In this document: piece after piece, positions 62,911-64,000 of the stretch
Position numbering within the stretch: the stretch's first letter is position 1
How the letters are laid out: each line of letters starts with the position of its first letter
Assembly (NCBI GenBank): GCA_964016885.1
Contig: OZ024741.1
Location: 133,920,001-133,984,000, forward strand
Direction of reading: 5' to 3'
DNA from: Eledone cirrhosa
Taxonomy: Eukaryota
Length of the DNA: 64,000 nt
The notes under the pieces: generated by a model
What the model was told of the DNA's origin: nothing
What the model saw: only the letters and a program-made list of their open reading frames with translations
Database searches by the model: none
Program-made: the position numbers and the translations under genes

Positions 62911-64000
62911 ACTAATATTAAAAATATACACCAGGTTCGAGATGAAGTCAAATTATTTAGATAAAAGACTAGGAAATGTTTAGAACTGAATAAAACCTTG
63001 TTTTTAAATAAAAATACTAAATAGCTGAAAATTAACCAGGAATGAAAAGCTTTGTTTTTAGCCAAGAAAAATGAACAAAAACTAAGAGGAAAATGTAATA
63101 TATCATACATACAAACCTATGTTTTATACACTAAAATCATATATAGATTATAAAATAATGGGAAGTAGTCTGTCTCAGTAGTAGTCTTCACTGTAGTATG
63201 ATGAACGAATACATTAATAAGAGGAAGATGAAGGAAAAAGAGACTGATTGTAGAGCGGTAGTTGTTTATATAGCAATTATATGACGTAGCAGATGTCGAT
63301 CAAAGCAACCAATCAGAAGAGCTTTAACAAACATACCAAGGCTATATCCATGTAAGCATATCAACTAATCAAAATAGCGGTGACACTTCGTATACGTACA
63401 GTCCTGGTTTAATCGACGTGGTTTCCGTTCTGCTAGAAATAGCAATCAAATCACTCGGCAGTTTTATCTTGTGACATTTTCCATATCTTCAATAATTAAA
63501 TTTGGTATTTTTCTTTTTTCTTATATCAAATATGTAAAATGTTGGTTGAGTGGATAAAATAACAACTGTTGACTTCATTATAAAACAACGAATTCTGTGG
63601 CGTTGCATCTTGCGTATGCCTGAATATTAAACGAATAACAATTTTCCAAAATTCTTCCTCATTTTCTTTTCTGTAAATATTGTATTAATATCCTTATGAC
63701 TATAGTAATGTAAGGATATTTCAAAAATAAAAAGTGATCTATAAATTAAGAACCTCCGTCTGAAAAGTGTAAAAACAAATTGGATAATGACCGTATTGAT
63801 AAAATACCGCTCAGTCTAGTTATTGCAAAGAGTAAACTATATATCATATAAATGTGAAACGTCAATATACAACTTAGGAGAAAAGATTATTTAAAAGTTG
63901 GTTGAATATCTTGAAAAGTATTTACGTAGCCCAAGTTGCTAAAAAGCTCGTATTTCTACTATTTAAGGTGTATAGTTCATGTTTAAGGCGAATTACAAAA

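Overview
AT-rich eukaryotic non-coding DNA made almost entirely of repeats. The SINE families and microsatellite load suggest a cephalopod (octopus-like) genome, which is an inference. No host gene could be called with confidence. Retroelements: four large L1-Tx1 LINE copies plus 3' fragments, three Penelope-like (GIY-YIG) elements, three tandem 5'-truncated R4/Dong-type RLE elements in (TAA)n, RTE fragments, and about 12 copies of one tRNA-derived SINE. DNA transposons: a decayed autonomous Helitron with non-autonomous relatives, a full-length mariner whose open transposase ORF has catalytic substitutions, a decayed Tc1-like element and MITEs. There is also a ~450-bp satellite. The most notable hidden structure is a set of minimal type-I hammerhead ribozymes in short non-coding modules. 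One is a textbook motif inside a rod-like hairpin (24177-24220, -). Two form a mirror pair inside a perfect 365-bp palindrome (28411-28775). One lies at the end of a 1.8-kb Penelope inverted repeat, kept in the left arm and partly deleted in the right. Other highlights are a palindromic Helitron terminator with CTAG|TC junctions on both strands, and Tx1 3' ends that abut different microsatellites. All alignments and folds were done by eye.
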